Positions 28,893-39,798 of a stretch of DNA of 64,000 nt are shown here, piece by piece. The notes beneath the pieces were generated by a model that was given only the letters and a program-made list of their open reading frames with translations, was not told the origin of the DNA and searched no databases. Numbering within the stretch: position 1 is the first letter of the stretch; every line of letters starts with the position of its first letter. The DNA is from Candidatus Zhuqueibacterota bacterium (lineage in GTDB: Bacteria; Zhuqueibacterota; Zhuqueibacteria; Thermofontimicrobiales; Thermofontimicrobiaceae). The translations under genes and the position numbers were made by a program. Where the stretch lies: positions 424,567-488,566 of the forward strand of contig JBMOPW010000034.1 of NCBI GenBank assembly GCA_049322915.1, read 5' to 3'.

Positions 28893-28921
28893 AAGGCCAA
28901 CCGTTCTGCGCAGTTGGCCTT
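28893..28921 (-). terminator. Intrinsic terminator-like hairpin
   Basis: AAGGCCAAC...GTTGGCCTT with a T-run on -, downstream of the 29011-30846 gene. Confidence 0.6.
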
Positions 28922-29010
28922 GTGTCTTCCAATCTCCCGATAATTCAGGCGATGCATTTCTGGATAATTTTTCGATGAAATGGACTAATTCCAGCGGCGA
29001 ATTGGCCGCT

Positions 29011-30846
29011 TCAATTCCTGTCCGTAACTGTTAATTCCTTGAAATTATAAATTCGGCGTCGATCTTTGTACGAAATAGTGAGCATTTCGCTATCCACGTC
29101 CGCCTGCAAATACATCCCTTCGAATAGCTTGAATTGTGCATAATCAACGACGCGGCCATTGAGCTTTCTCTGGTCAGGAAACGCGAATTCCATTTTTTCG
29201 CCGTTCAAATTGGTGTAATCCACAGAGACGTTCCCGGCTTCGAGCACAGCCCGGGGAATGTGATGCTGCAATTTTTTCGTGAAATCGCTGAAACTGCCAA
29301 TTTCGTCCTTGGACCGCACTTCGATCACATAGCCATTCTGCAACGGCCAGCTTCGCAAGCGATAATTTCGGAGCTTGCTTTCCGGGTCTTTTTTTGATGT
29401 GCCGGTCGCCAGATTCCAGACCTGTTTTTGCAGCTCAAACTCCTCGCTCCATTCTCCCGGCTGCAATGGATACCATGCGATGTAGGTCTCCCCTGCCTTG
29501 CAGAAAATCCAGCCGCTGGTATCGATGACGCGCTCTTCCAGATTGGCCGGGAAAAAGCCGTCGATGTGATTGGAGGTCGTGCCCACCGGGATGTCGTACA
29601 GGACAAGCAGCGTATTTTTATGTTGAAATGTATATTCGAAATAGGATCCGCCCGTCCATTTTTCAGGATTGTTGTAGGTCGTCTTCGAGGCAGTGATGCC
29701 GGCCATGCACGTCTTTATCTCCTCGGGAAAAAAGGTGCCGATCTCGCGCGACGACCAGTACGGATGCAGGCCAAAGATGATCGAATACGGTTGTCCAAAG
29801 AGATAGCGGATCGCCCAGGTCTGTTGCTGGATGGGCTGAAGCAGGGAGCCGGACAAAGAGCCGAACACATAATCTTTGGTCATGTACGTCACTTTGTAGA
29901 CTGGCGGATTGATCTCCGGGCTGAAGCGGATATTGTGCCGCACCCGCTTTCGCTCCTTGTGCTCGTAGGCCAGGTTGCGGTCATTGGCGATTTGATAAAT
30001 GATGTACGGCAACCGATAGCCTGAAAACAGCGGATGCATCACCCAACCGCTGACCGCTGGCTCGCCGGCCAGAAAATAATAATTGGCGAAAACGGTGGAA
30101 GTGGACGACTTGAAATTCATCAGGTTCTGTTCATAGATTCGGCTGTGTCCCCCGCCGTACTGCTGTTCCAGATGTTCGACAGCGAAATCGGCCATGAAAT
30201 AATCGGCCAGCATGGCGCCTAATTTCTTTACGTCAGGGTCCTGGGCATAACCAGCCAGCAGCGTGGCGGCAATCATGAACTCGGCAAGATAATCCGGGGA
30301 ATCGAATTCGCCCTGACCTTTGGTGGTGGTCAGTTTGGCCCAGGCAAACATGTATTCCCGGGCCTCCAGCCTGTTTTCATCGGAACTGCGGCCATTGTAC
30401 CATTCACTGCCGGGCAGATTCGGCCATTGCTCAGTCGCCAGAAACAGCGACGCGTAGTACATGGCCCAGTGGTTTTCCGTGTCGCCGCGCGTTGGTGCAT
30501 AGGTCTTCCAGGCGTTGCGGACAGCCGCTTCCGCTGCGCGCGACATTTTTCCTTTTCCAGCCATGTACGTGCCGATGCACGGAAACATCCAGAACATATC
30601 GCCGCTCGGATTCTTCAGAATTTCGATCAGCATGGAATCTGCGCGAGCCATCTCGCGACCGCTATAATACCGCGCTGCAATGGTGTCGAAATTGTTCAGC
30701 TTCGACGCCAGGTATTGCGCCCGATACCAGGCCAGTCGTTTTTGAAATTCCTTTCCGTACTCCTTTTCGCTCAGGAGCCGGGCATGACCGGGGATGGCGA
30801 TCAACAGCGCGAAAATCATTATAAAATAAAGTCGTTTCATGTTCAC
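29011..30846 (-). CDS. Secreted hypothetical protein (possibly carbohydrate-active)
   Basis: 611 aa with a signal peptide; TENH and EFDSPDY motifs; overlaps the upstream gene. Confidence 0.7.
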   Translation of the reverse strand: MNMKRLYFIMIFALLIAIPGHARLLSEKEYGKEFQKRLAWYRAQYLASKLNNFDTIAARYYSGREMARADSMLIEILKNPSGDMFWMFPCIGTYMAGKGKMSRAAEAAVRNAWKTYAPTRGDTENHWAMYYASLFLATEQWPNLPGSEWYNGRSSDENRLEAREYMFAWAKLTTTKGQGEFDSPDYLAEFMIAATLLAGYAQDPDVKKLGAMLADYFMADFAVEHLEQQYGGGHSRIYEQNLMNFKSSTSTVFANYYFLAGEPAVSGWVMHPLFSGYRLPYIIYQIANDRNLAYEHKERKRVRHNIRFSPEINPPVYKVTYMTKDYVFGSLSGSLLQPIQQQTWAIRYLFGQPYSIIFGLHPYWSSREIGTFFPEEIKTCMAGITASKTTYNNPEKWTGGSYFEYTFQHKNTLLVLYDIPVGTTSNHIDGFFPANLEERVIDTSGWIFCKAGETYIAWYPLQPGEWSEEFELQKQVWNLATGTSKKDPESKLRNYRLRSWPLQNGYVIEVRSKDEIGSFSDFTKKLQHHIPRAVLEAGNVSVDYTNLNGEKMEFAFPDQRKLNGRVVDYAQFKLFEGMYLQADVDSEMLTISYKDRRRIYNFKELTVTDRN

Positions 30847-31868
30847 TCCTCAAAGGTAATAATTTTTATCGACCAGATATACCCCTTATCAATCCCGTGA
30901 AAGCGCCAGGTCTCGCCGCCGTCATTGGACAGGTACACGCCGCTCTCAATGGTGCCGGCGTAAATTCGATCCTTGTTCTGCGGATCAACGGCAATGGCAT
31001 GAATATCCAGATCGCCCAAACCCTGGAAATATTGCTTCCACGATTTCCCGCCATCGACCGACTTGTACACCCCTGTCTGAAAGCCGCCGGCAAAGACGAT
31101 ATCCGGATGTGAAGGGTCAAATGCGATGCAATAAAACGTTTCGTGCAACACGCCGGTATCGCGTTTCTCCCAGTGCACGCCGTGATTCAGGGAAACGTAC
31201 AGCCCGTTGTTCTCGCTGCCGATCATGAAAATATCGGGATTCTGCGGATGTTGCACGAGCGTCCGGATATTCCGAATCTCCAGTCCGGCGCGCTGCCAGA
31301 TTTCCCCGTTGTTTCTGCTGACGTACACGCCATCCTCTGTGGAAATGAAAATAGTGTTCGGATCCGATCGATCCATAACGATCGAAGAAATATAGCTGGC
31401 ATCGGTGCCATGCAACCCGGCGTTGTATTGTTTCCATGTTTTGCCGTCATCCACGGTCTTGTAAAATCCGTACGGGGAACTGGCGTAAATGATGGCAGGA
31501 TTGTTCCTGTCAAAGCAGACATTATTGACTTCTGTCATTCGCCAGTCGCTGGTCACCTTCCAGGTTTTTCCGAAGTCCCACGTCTGCTGCACGCCGGAAT
31601 GAGTCGCCAGCGCCATGATTCTCCCCTTCTCAGGACGATAGACGTCCATGTTGTAAACGCGATTGTTGGGGCGACCTGAAAATGACCAGGCCGTATCGCC
31701 GGGACTCTGCAGGAAAAGTCCGGAGAGCGTATGGCGCATTCCAATCGACGTGTAACTGGTCGACAGGGACGTTACGTAAACAACGACATCCCCGGCGAAC
31801 AGGATGCCGGGGAGCAATAATGTCAGTAACAGTAGCATGATTTTTTTCGTTCGTCGCTGCATTGACAT
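30843..31868 (-). CDS. Secreted BNR/Asp-box beta-propeller protein (YCF48/sortilin-like)
   Basis: Repeated S/T.D.G.TW Asp boxes; signal peptide. Confidence 0.85.
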   Translation of the reverse strand: MSMQRRTKKIMLLLLTLLLPGILFAGDVVVYVTSLSTSYTSIGMRHTLSGLFLQSPGDTAWSFSGRPNNRVYNMDVYRPEKGRIMALATHSGVQQTWDFGKTWKVTSDWRMTEVNNVCFDRNNPAIIYASSPYGFYKTVDDGKTWKQYNAGLHGTDASYISSIVMDRSDPNTIFISTEDGVYVSRNNGEIWQRAGLEIRNIRTLVQHPQNPDIFMIGSENNGLYVSLNHGVHWEKRDTGVLHETFYCIAFDPSHPDIVFAGGFQTGVYKSVDGGKSWKQYFQGLGDLDIHAIAVDPQNKDRIYAGTIESGVYLSNDGGETWRFHGIDKGYIWSIKIITFEE

Positions 31869-32101
31869 TTCCTTTTGTTAGAGATGAATGAGTTGAGATT
31901 TTGATTTCGCTTTAATATAGAAAATTTAATTGAAAAAGTAAAGCAGGTTTTTTCCGGCACAATGGGGATGACGCAGTTGCGAGCCAAGAATCCCGCCTGG
32001 TTCGGCTACCAAGGCAACGAAATTCGAGTGGCATCAGTTATCGAACATCTCGCGACAAAGCCGCCGGCTTAACTTCACAGTTTCGTTTTCAACCGGCCAA
32101 T

Positions 32102-32129
32102 AAAAAAAGCAGGTAAGGGCTACCTGCTT
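32102..32129 (-). terminator. Intrinsic terminator
   Basis: AAGCAGGTA-AGGGC-TACCTGCTT hairpin with a T-run on -. Confidence 0.7.
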
Positions 32130-32188
32130 GTTCGTGATCCCGGGAATTAGCGCCGTTCATGTTCGTCTGTTGCAACTCAGCCCCGGCG

Positions 32189-34282
32189 TTACTTCAGCAC
32201 CAACAGCTTTTTTGTTTGAATAAAATCGCCAGCCTCCAGCGTGTACAGATAGACGCCGCTGGGCCAATGCATGGCGTCCAGGCTCACCTGATAGTCGCCC
32301 GGGAATTGAAATTCACGTACCAGAACGAATAATTTTTCGCCCAGAATATTAAAAACAGTCACCGTCACCGGCGCGCCCTCAGCAATGGAATATCGAATCT
32401 GCGTCCGGGCATTAAACGGATTGGGGTAATTCTGAAGCAGCCGGCAGACAGACACGCGGTGCGCGTCATCTTCGCTCAAAATGACATCGGTGCTCGTCCC
32501 GAACCATGCGAGAATATTTTGCAGTAATGCATTCGCACTGTTCTCCTGGGGACCGGCAATGCCTTCAAATCCGAAAGCGAGATAGACAAGACGCCCCCCG
32601 GCAGCGCCATACTCCGCACAAATCCCGGCGCATTTGAATCCAGGGATATAATTCAAGATCGTCGTTGCCGGGGCTATGGGTGTAATGACATCCGGCGAGT
32701 TCTGGTTATCCGCGCAGTCGTACGGGCCGGTCAAATTGACGAACAGGCCATTGGTCATGGGATGGCCGCGCGTTCCCATCGTCATGGTGGCTGTGGCGCT
32801 GTCGCTGAGAAAATGAGAGCAAAGGAAATTCGAAAAAAAAAGGCTGTCGCCTGGCGCTCCATCGGCGCACAGATCGTAACCGATGTTTTGTCCGGTCAGC
32901 AACAAATGGCCTCCTGCCATGAGATACTCCGAAACGACGGTCTGTTCCGCCGCGGTCAGCGACGTCTCCCTGTCGTAGCCCGTAAACCAGATCACGGATT
33001 CATAGCCCAGCAAATCAGCAAGAGCCGGGCAGCCGCGCACGTTCGCATCCCAGTGGTCGGCGAATAGATGCCGGGTGTAATAGTGCTCGTACAGAGAGCC
33101 GCAATCGTCATCAACGAGCAGCGTGGTTGCGCTGCCAATGACGACCTGAAACTGATCCGTGCACTCGAAAATGCCATCAGCCGTGATATGTACGCCAAAA
33201 GTGGCCTCATGCGTTTTACAATCCACTCCGACCGAGACCATGAATGGTTCCTCTGTGTTCGATTTCAGATCGCCGCTGGCCATCGCCCCTATCCAGCAGG
33301 TCGATTGCAGAATAACGACGTCACTGTCGGAACTGACCAGCGTCGCAGTGACCTGGTCGGCTGGCAGGCTGATATTTTTCAGCGTCACCACAAGCTGAAC
33401 CGTTTCCCCGGCGTCTGCCTGACCATTGCCGTTTCCTCCACTGTCGTTCAAATTATAGTTTTCATACCAGATGTCCGGCCTCTTGAGCGGGACATACGGC
33501 GCCGGCGTCAATCCGATGACTTTAATGGGCGTCACTGTATCCGACGCAGCCAGGAAATAGGTCGCTTCGGCCCGGCTTTCGATATCATAATGCTTATCCG
33601 GGGACTGGCCAACCGTCTGAAGGTACGAGAAAAAGCTCGTCCGCATCTGAGGCGTCCAGTAGTGCATGGGAATGACGCGCCTGGGCTTGATCAGATGAAT
33701 GAATTTTTCTGCGGCCATGATGAGATTTTCCTGGGATTCAATCGTCAGAAACAGAAGATCGATGCCCATTGGAAAATTGCTCAGCACCTCGTTCTTCACC
33801 TCTTCAATGTCCAGATTCGCCATGGTCGCGCCGGCGTCTCCCAGATGACATATCGTCAAATCTCTGTATCGGAAGAAATAGCTGCCGTTTCCCTTCACAG
33901 AAATCAATGACTCGCTGGTTAGCACCGAAGCGATATGAATCCCTTCGATGTCCAGGCTATCCGTCATCAGAAGGACATGCTCGACATCGTACGGAATCGT
34001 CCGGCCAAAGTGATCGGTGTGTGTGTGCGAATAGGTGACCACATCCGGATACAAATGGCCGATGTCATAAATAGGGCTGGGATAGCCATAGGAGTTGGAT
34101 TCTCCGTAATCGCATAAAATTCTGACGCCGTTATCGAATTCCAAAGCAAAGCAGGAGTGGCCTAAATAATGGATCTGCACTTCGCCCTCTGCGGCATCTG
34201 AAAAGTGGGGATGGAGCATGATTGCTCCGAAAATGATCCCAATGAAATATTGACGCAATCGCTTCATTGTTATTCCTCCCAA
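32189..34282 (-). CDS. Secreted MBL-fold metallo-hydrolase with a C-terminal T9SS/FlgD-like sorting domain
   Basis: YLGHSCF, SHTHTDH, HLGD and IPMHY motifs; C-terminal LQNYPNPFN...SGVYLY..KKL. Confidence 0.85.
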   Translation of the reverse strand: MGGITMKRLRQYFIGIIFGAIMLHPHFSDAAEGEVQIHYLGHSCFALEFDNGVRILCDYGESNSYGYPSPIYDIGHLYPDVVTYSHTHTDHFGRTIPYDVEHVLLMTDSLDIEGIHIASVLTSESLISVKGNGSYFFRYRDLTICHLGDAGATMANLDIEEVKNEVLSNFPMGIDLLFLTIESQENLIMAAEKFIHLIKPRRVIPMHYWTPQMRTSFFSYLQTVGQSPDKHYDIESRAEATYFLAASDTVTPIKVIGLTPAPYVPLKRPDIWYENYNLNDSGGNGNGQADAGETVQLVVTLKNISLPADQVTATLVSSDSDVVILQSTCWIGAMASGDLKSNTEEPFMVSVGVDCKTHEATFGVHITADGIFECTDQFQVVIGSATTLLVDDDCGSLYEHYYTRHLFADHWDANVRGCPALADLLGYESVIWFTGYDRETSLTAAEQTVVSEYLMAGGHLLLTGQNIGYDLCADGAPGDSLFFSNFLCSHFLSDSATATMTMGTRGHPMTNGLFVNLTGPYDCADNQNSPDVITPIAPATTILNYIPGFKCAGICAEYGAAGGRLVYLAFGFEGIAGPQENSANALLQNILAWFGTSTDVILSEDDAHRVSVCRLLQNYPNPFNARTQIRYSIAEGAPVTVTVFNILGEKLFVLVREFQFPGDYQVSLDAMHWPSGVYLYTLEAGDFIQTKKLLVLK

Positions 34283-34351
34283 AGTGTGTGTGAATTGAAC
34301 TGCACCTCTCTTGTCGGCCCTGTCATGCGGCTGAAACCAGGGGCAGATTGA

Positions 34352-34451
34352 TGATGTTGTTGATAAATCCTATTTCTCGAAAATTTATATTGTGTAAGTC
34401 CAATATTTAAGTTATGAAAATTGTAAAAAAGGGACTAAATCAACTACATCA
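34352..34451. mobile_element. 100-bp MITE-like element, copy 2
   Basis: Same element as 28629-28728, flanked by TTGA/TTGA. Confidence 0.85.
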
Positions 34452-34730
34452 TTGATGCCAGTTCTGGCAATACGCATTTCGTGGGCGCGTGAATTCCGTT
34501 CATCAGCAAGCCTAACGTACAAAACCGAACTGTCAAAATCGACCGGGTTTAGAAAATCGGACGTTTTTTTCTCACCTAAATTGAGCGAACAGCATTCAGC
34601 CATTAGCGCGCATAAAAGAAATAAAGAGAAACATAGGCAGTATCTCACCGATTCAATAACTGTCCGAAAACTGATGATTTCAACCCATTGTCATTCTGAG
34701 CGCCCACCCGCCACTGCAGAGCGTGAAGCG

Positions 34731-34906
34731 TAGTACACCATTTCATAAATTTTTTAGGGTTTGAAAATTTTAAAAACTGCATTCATAGAATGCTGTCATA
34801 GCCCCATGTTTTTAGCGCGAATCCATTTTGTGAATGCCCGATAGTCCCGCAAATGCGGGACAAGCGTGACAACCAACCCTAAAAGATATTGTGGAACGCA
34901 GTACTA
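34731..34906. mobile_element. Possible MITE with ~33-bp imperfect terminal inverted repeats
   Basis: TAGTACACCATTTCATAAATTTTTTAGGGTTTG versus the reverse complement of the right end TAGTACTGCGTTCCACAATATCTTTTAGGGTTTG. Confidence 0.55.
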
Positions 34907-35121
34907 AGCAGGTCTTTTCTCTGCGTCCTTCGCGGCCTCTGTGTTTCATCTGATTTGTTAATATCCCCCCAACTTATAGGCAAGGCTTAGCTTAAATGGA
35001 GAGGGATAACCGATGTTCACCTTCTTGACCTAAGGGTAAGAACGGTTTTAGGGGACGATGTCTGATGGGATGAAGCTTGAAAATATCAACCCCATAGCTA
35101 ATTCAAGTGTTTTCGGATTGG

Positions 35122-36285
35122 CTAATTCATGGATTGGGGATGGATTGCCCTTCGAAATTCTTTGGGAGTCTTGCCGGTCGTTTTTTTGAAGACGTCGTTG
35201 AAGGTCGATTTTGAGTTGAAGCCGGTCTCGTACAGGATTTCCAGGATGGTCTTTCGGTTATTTTGGGGATCGATCAATTTTTGCTTCACTTCCTGGATTC
35301 TGTAGCTGTTGATGAAGTTGAAAAAATTTTGCTGGAACGAGTAGTTAATCACCTGCGACAATTTCCAGACAGGAATTGCTAACTGTTCGGACAAATCGTC
35401 GATGGTCAATCCCGGCTCCAGGTAGGGCTTTTGAGAATCCATGTAGGCGACGAGTTGCGCCGTGTACGTTTGAATGTCAGATAGCGGCAGATGGGAATTC
35501 AGATACTTCTCGCCGGAATCCACCCCGGCGATAATTTTCAGTTGACTGAGTCCGTGCAGGATCAGCGCGGTTGTGAAGGCTAAAAATATGGAAATGGAAT
35601 ACAGATCAACGAGGGCCGTGAGTCGCGTTGCATCAGGTAAAAACAATCCCACCAGAGCGCGATAGACCACAAAGAGCCAGTGCAATGAGATCAACGCCAC
35701 CAGTCCATAGAGCCAGTTCAGATGATATCGGTCCAGAGACGACTGGCTGCTCCGGAGCCGATGTCGGTAACGTAACACGATATGCAGCAGCGAGATAATG
35801 TACAGAAGGATCTGAATGAAATTGGTTGTCCAGAAAATCCTGTTGTGCTGCGCGATGAAGATTTGGTGAATCACGCTGGTCTCAGGGACTGACTGACTTT
35901 TCAGAATATGGACGGAGATGGATGAATAAACGGTGAACAGGAGGAACAGCACACCGTGGCTGAGATGCCGCGGGCGAAAAGCAAAATCTTTGAAACAGAA
36001 AGTCCGAAAATAAAAGAAGACCAGAGGCGCCAGCAGAAAAAAAAGGGATTTGCTGATGTGATAAGGATACATGAGCTGCTCCGCCGGGAGAATATCCCAG
36101 CCGAACAGGAGCCAGCGAATGATCAGCAGCGCTTTCACAGCGAGAAAAGCGACCAGGAGATTGCGGCTCAGCCGATTTCGCGTTTCCTGATGCAGCAGCA
36201 CGCTGGCCAGCAGGATGAGCTGAAAGCCTGTCATGGTAAGAACAATTTGAGTGAGCACAGTGATAGTTTTCATGGCCGGTTCCAA
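35122..36285 (-). CDS. Membrane-bound AraC-family transcriptional regulator
   Basis: About 7 TM segments at the N-terminus; C-terminal LSQVIN...FFNFINSYR...GFNSKSTF..FKK.TG.TP. Confidence 0.92.
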   Translation of the reverse strand: MEPAMKTITVLTQIVLTMTGFQLILLASVLLHQETRNRLSRNLLVAFLAVKALLIIRWLLFGWDILPAEQLMYPYHISKSLFFLLAPLVFFYFRTFCFKDFAFRPRHLSHGVLFLLFTVYSSISVHILKSQSVPETSVIHQIFIAQHNRIFWTTNFIQILLYIISLLHIVLRYRHRLRSSQSSLDRYHLNWLYGLVALISLHWLFVVYRALVGLFLPDATRLTALVDLYSISIFLAFTTALILHGLSQLKIIAGVDSGEKYLNSHLPLSDIQTYTAQLVAYMDSQKPYLEPGLTIDDLSEQLAIPVWKLSQVINYSFQQNFFNFINSYRIQEVKQKLIDPQNNRKTILEILYETGFNSKSTFNDVFKKTTGKTPKEFRRAIHPQSMN

Positions 36286-36721
36286 CCTCTCCTTGTTAAA
36301 AAAGTCACGTATTTTTTATGCAGGATTTTTTCATTAGTTTCAATTTTCGAAAAAAATTATGTGGCATTCATTCCAAAGATGTGCTAAATTTTCACGTGGT
36401 CCGAAATTTTTTGGGAACAAAAAACCCAAACGTTCATTAATAATTCTGAATCATGAGGCGTGCGATAAAAGCTATTCCGCAGGGACTGCCGGTTCGCGTA
36501 CAGGGAAAGCGGCATTTGATACATTGGGTATAATATTTCCACGTCATAAATGAAGTGGCAATTCAATTGAAAAATTAAGATAACTTGAATAGCCCCGACT
36601 TTTAAATCGGGGAACAAAAATTTAGCTAATAATTTTTTCTTTGTGTCTTAGAGATTTCGTGGCCGAATCGTTACATATAAACAAGTCTACCTTGTTGACT
36701 AAATTACATTGGAGGTATGGT

Positions 36722-36835
36722 ATGGCAAAAAGTAAAGACAAAGGCAAAGGTAAAGAAGGCGAAAAGAAGAAACCGCAAAAGAGCCTTAAGGAAAAGCGGA
36801 AAGAGAAAAAAGAAAAAGGCATGAAGGCAGAATAA
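36722..36835 (+). CDS. Small (37 aa) lysine-rich protein
   Basis: GGAGGT RBS at 36711-36716; MAKSKDKGKGKEGEKKKPQKSLKEKRKEKKEKGMKAE. Confidence 0.55.
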   Translation: MAKSKDKGKGKEGEKKKPQKSLKEKRKEKKEKGMKAE

Positions 36836-37145
36836 AATGCAAGGGGCAGTGTCAAGTCCACTGACCCGGTGTAGCCGCCGGTTCGATTTCAAAGAGAAAT
36901 CAACGCGCGTGAGAGTTGCCCTTGTGCACAGCGAAACGCATTCACTCGGACTGACGGCTACACAATCTCTTTCCCATCACCTCTATCAAAAACCGATTTT
37001 CCTTCGCATCATCATCGCAGCCTCAGGCAAGCGATACATCTTTCATCAAAATGTCACCGTAAAAATATCGGTTGTTTTTATGACATGCATCGTGTATATT
37101 CAACGATCTTAATTTCATGTAAAATACACTCATTCAGGTAACTCC

Positions 37146-39086
37146 ATGTTGAATATAGATACATACAAAAAAAATGGTTTATTCTCCGGCGAGCTTAGCA
37201 GGAAATCATACCAGTCATTGATCAATGAAAACGCCACGCTCCGTTCGATCATCGAAACCCTGGAAGAGGGCGTTGTTGTCTCGGATCGGACCGGCCATCT
37301 GGTATTTTTCAATGACGAGGCGCGCACGACGCTGGGCATTGGACTGCAGAACATTGCCATGGACGAATGGTCCAGCGTCTACGGGACTTATTACCCGGAT
37401 AAAAAGACGCCTTTTCCTTCCGAAAATCTGCCTTTAGCCCGCGCCCTGCAAGGCGACGATGTGCGCAGTGAACTCATTTTCATCAAAAATGCACTTCGCA
37501 GAGACGGTGTTTTCATCGAAGTTTCGGCGTACCCACTGTACGATGATGCTGGCGAGACCATCGGCGGCGTCGCTATCATCCGCGATGTAACCAGTCTGAA
37601 AGAAGCGGAGATCGCCAGGAAGCAGAGCGAAGACAGGGTGAAAGCGCAATTCAAAGGCTTTCCCATCCCCACCTATGTCTGGCAGTCCGCCAATGATGAT
37701 TTTATTTTGATCGATTACAACGTCGCCGCCGACCAGTTCACCAGCGGCCAGGTGAAGAAATTCATCGGCAGGAAGTCCAGCGAGATTTTTGCCGATACGC
37801 CGGACGTGATGTCGGATTTTAAAAAGTCCTTCAGCGAGAAAAAGACTGTGCGCCGTGAAATGTCATCGTATCGGCTGCGCACCACCAATGAAAACAAGGA
37901 AATGGTGTTCAACTACGTGTTCGTGCCGCCCAATCTGGTCGTGCAGTTCACTGAAGACATCACCGAGCAGAAAATCGCTGAAAAAGAACTGCTCAAATTA
38001 TCCAAAGCCATTGAGCAAACCGCGGATACCGTCATCATTACAAATAAAGACGGTTTCATCGAGTATGTGAATTCGGCGTTTGAAATCACCACCGGCTACA
38101 GTTGCGCAGAGGCAATTGGGAAGACGCCGCGGCTGTTACAATCCGGCATGCACGATAAAAATTTTTACAAAAATATCTGGCAGACCATTCTCAGCAACAA
38201 CCACTACAAGGGCACCATCATCAATCGAAAGAAGAACGGCGAGCTGTACTGGAGCGACCAGACCATCACTCCGATGAAAGACGACAATGGCAATATCACG
38301 CATTTCGTGTCTGTGCTGAAGGATATTACGGAGTTGCGGAAGAAGCAGGAGCAGGAATTTCAGTTGTCCATTGCCCGGGAAATCCAGCAAAAATTATTCA
38401 GGACAAAAATTCACGTGCCGGGATTTGATATTGCCGGCGCCACCTATCCTGCGGTCGAGACGAGCGGTGATTATTTTGACTTCATCACGTTGCCGGGCGG
38501 GCAATGCATTTTTATCGTCGCGGATGTGAGCGGGCACGGCATCGGTTCCGCGCTCATCATGACGGAGACGCGGGCCTTTCTCCGCGCATTCCTGAAAATC
38601 GAATCCGATCCCGGCATTCTGCTCACATGGCTGAATCGCGAACTGTTCGCGGATCTGGACATGGAGCGCTACGTGACGCTGGTATTGGCCAAAATTGATC
38701 CGGAGAATAAAACGCTGGAATATGCCAGCGCCGGCCATCCCACTTCCTACATCATGAACAAAAATGGCGACGTGGCGCACGAGTTGAAGAGCACCGGCAT
38801 TCCGTTGGGAATTATTCAGAATGCCCGCTACCGCACCGAGGAGACGATTCAAATGGCGGCCGGTGATTTGGCGGTGTTCCTGACCGATGGCATTGTGGAG
38901 GCGCATGGCCAGGACAATGAGGAATTCGGCGTTGACCGGACATTGACTCACATTCGGACGAACAGTCATCGTTCGGCCAGGGAAATCATCGAGGTGTTGT
39001 ACTCCAGCGTGCTTCAATTCACCAAAAATCAGACTCAGGAGGATGACATCACATCCATCATCTGCAAGGTTGAATCGGAAAAGTAA
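37146..39086 (+). CDS. PAS-domain SpoIIE/RsbU-type PP2C phosphatase
   Basis: Three PAS/PAC units; SGDYFD, VADVSGHG, TDG and DDIT motifs. Confidence 0.92.
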   Translation: MLNIDTYKKNGLFSGELSRKSYQSLINENATLRSIIETLEEGVVVSDRTGHLVFFNDEARTTLGIGLQNIAMDEWSSVYGTYYPDKKTPFPSENLPLARALQGDDVRSELIFIKNALRRDGVFIEVSAYPLYDDAGETIGGVAIIRDVTSLKEAEIARKQSEDRVKAQFKGFPIPTYVWQSANDDFILIDYNVAADQFTSGQVKKFIGRKSSEIFADTPDVMSDFKKSFSEKKTVRREMSSYRLRTTNENKEMVFNYVFVPPNLVVQFTEDITEQKIAEKELLKLSKAIEQTADTVIITNKDGFIEYVNSAFEITTGYSCAEAIGKTPRLLQSGMHDKNFYKNIWQTILSNNHYKGTIINRKKNGELYWSDQTITPMKDDNGNITHFVSVLKDITELRKKQEQEFQLSIAREIQQKLFRTKIHVPGFDIAGATYPAVETSGDYFDFITLPGGQCIFIVADVSGHGIGSALIMTETRAFLRAFLKIESDPGILLTWLNRELFADLDMERYVTLVLAKIDPENKTLEYASAGHPTSYIMNKNGDVAHELKSTGIPLGIIQNARYRTEETIQMAAGDLAVFLTDGIVEAHGQDNEEFGVDRTLTHIRTNSHRSAREIIEVLYSSVLQFTKNQTQEDDITSIICKVESEK

Positions 39087-39214
39087 CCCGGCGGGACGTG
39101 CCATTGCCCCGAAGCGAGTCGACCCATCGCGCCGTAAACTTGCGCGACAAATCTGTTTTCAATGCTGCCTGAATTTCTAACCTGAATTATTCATAAAATT
39201 AGATAAAACTGTCG

Positions 39215-39798
39215 GTAACCGATCACAGGGTGGTTAAGAATGACAGGATAGCAGGATGTTTGGGATAGACAGGATTAATTAACTTTAGCTCGTTATCATG
39301 TTAATCAAAACATAATCGTGTAAATCACAGGAGGCTGCGTAATGGAACTTGCAAGCTTGACTGAAAAAATTATTGGCTGTGCTTACAACGTATATAACAT
39401 GTTAGGATTTGGTTTTTTAGAGTCTGTTTATGAAAATGCCCTGACAATTGAATTAAAAACAATGGGATTTGCTGTAGAAAGACAAAAACCCATAAAGGTT
39501 TATTATGAAGGAGTAGTCGTCGGCAATTTTAAAGCGGATATCATTGTCGACGAGCTGATCATCATTGAATTGAAATCCGTAGAAAAAATAGTAAAGGAGT
39601 TTGAAGTCCAGTTGGTGAATTATCTAACGGCCACTATCAAACCAGTAGGCTTATTGCTGAATTTCTCTCCACATAAGGTAGAAGTAAAAAGAAAGGTGAG
39701 GATATTACCGGATAGAGAATAATCCAGTAAATCATTATCATCCTGTTATCCTGTCCAAAGTAAACAAATACAACTTTTGATCCCCTGTGATCAATTAC
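39215..39798. mobile_element. 584-bp TIR-bounded element carrying a GxxExxY gene, with an 8-bp target-site duplication
   Basis: Left end GTAACCGATCACAGGG; right end reverse complement GTAATTGATCACAGGG (14/16); AACTGTCG at 39207-39214 and 39799-39806. Confidence 0.85.
39342..39722 (+). CDS. GxxExxY protein (PD-(D/E)XK-like)
   Basis: LGFGFLESVYENAL, FKADIIVD...IELKS, QLVNYL and GLLLNF; GGAGG RBS. Confidence 0.93.
   Translation: MELASLTEKIIGCAYNVYNMLGFGFLESVYENALTIELKTMGFAVERQKPIKVYYEGVVVGNFKADIIVDELIIIELKSVEKIVKEFEVQLVNYLTATIKPVGLLLNFSPHKVEVKRKVRILPDRE

Noticed and set aside
36663..36674. CCGAATCGTTAC resembling a right end of the GTAAC..TCAG element family
   Set aside because: No matching left end or 8-bp duplication was found nearby.
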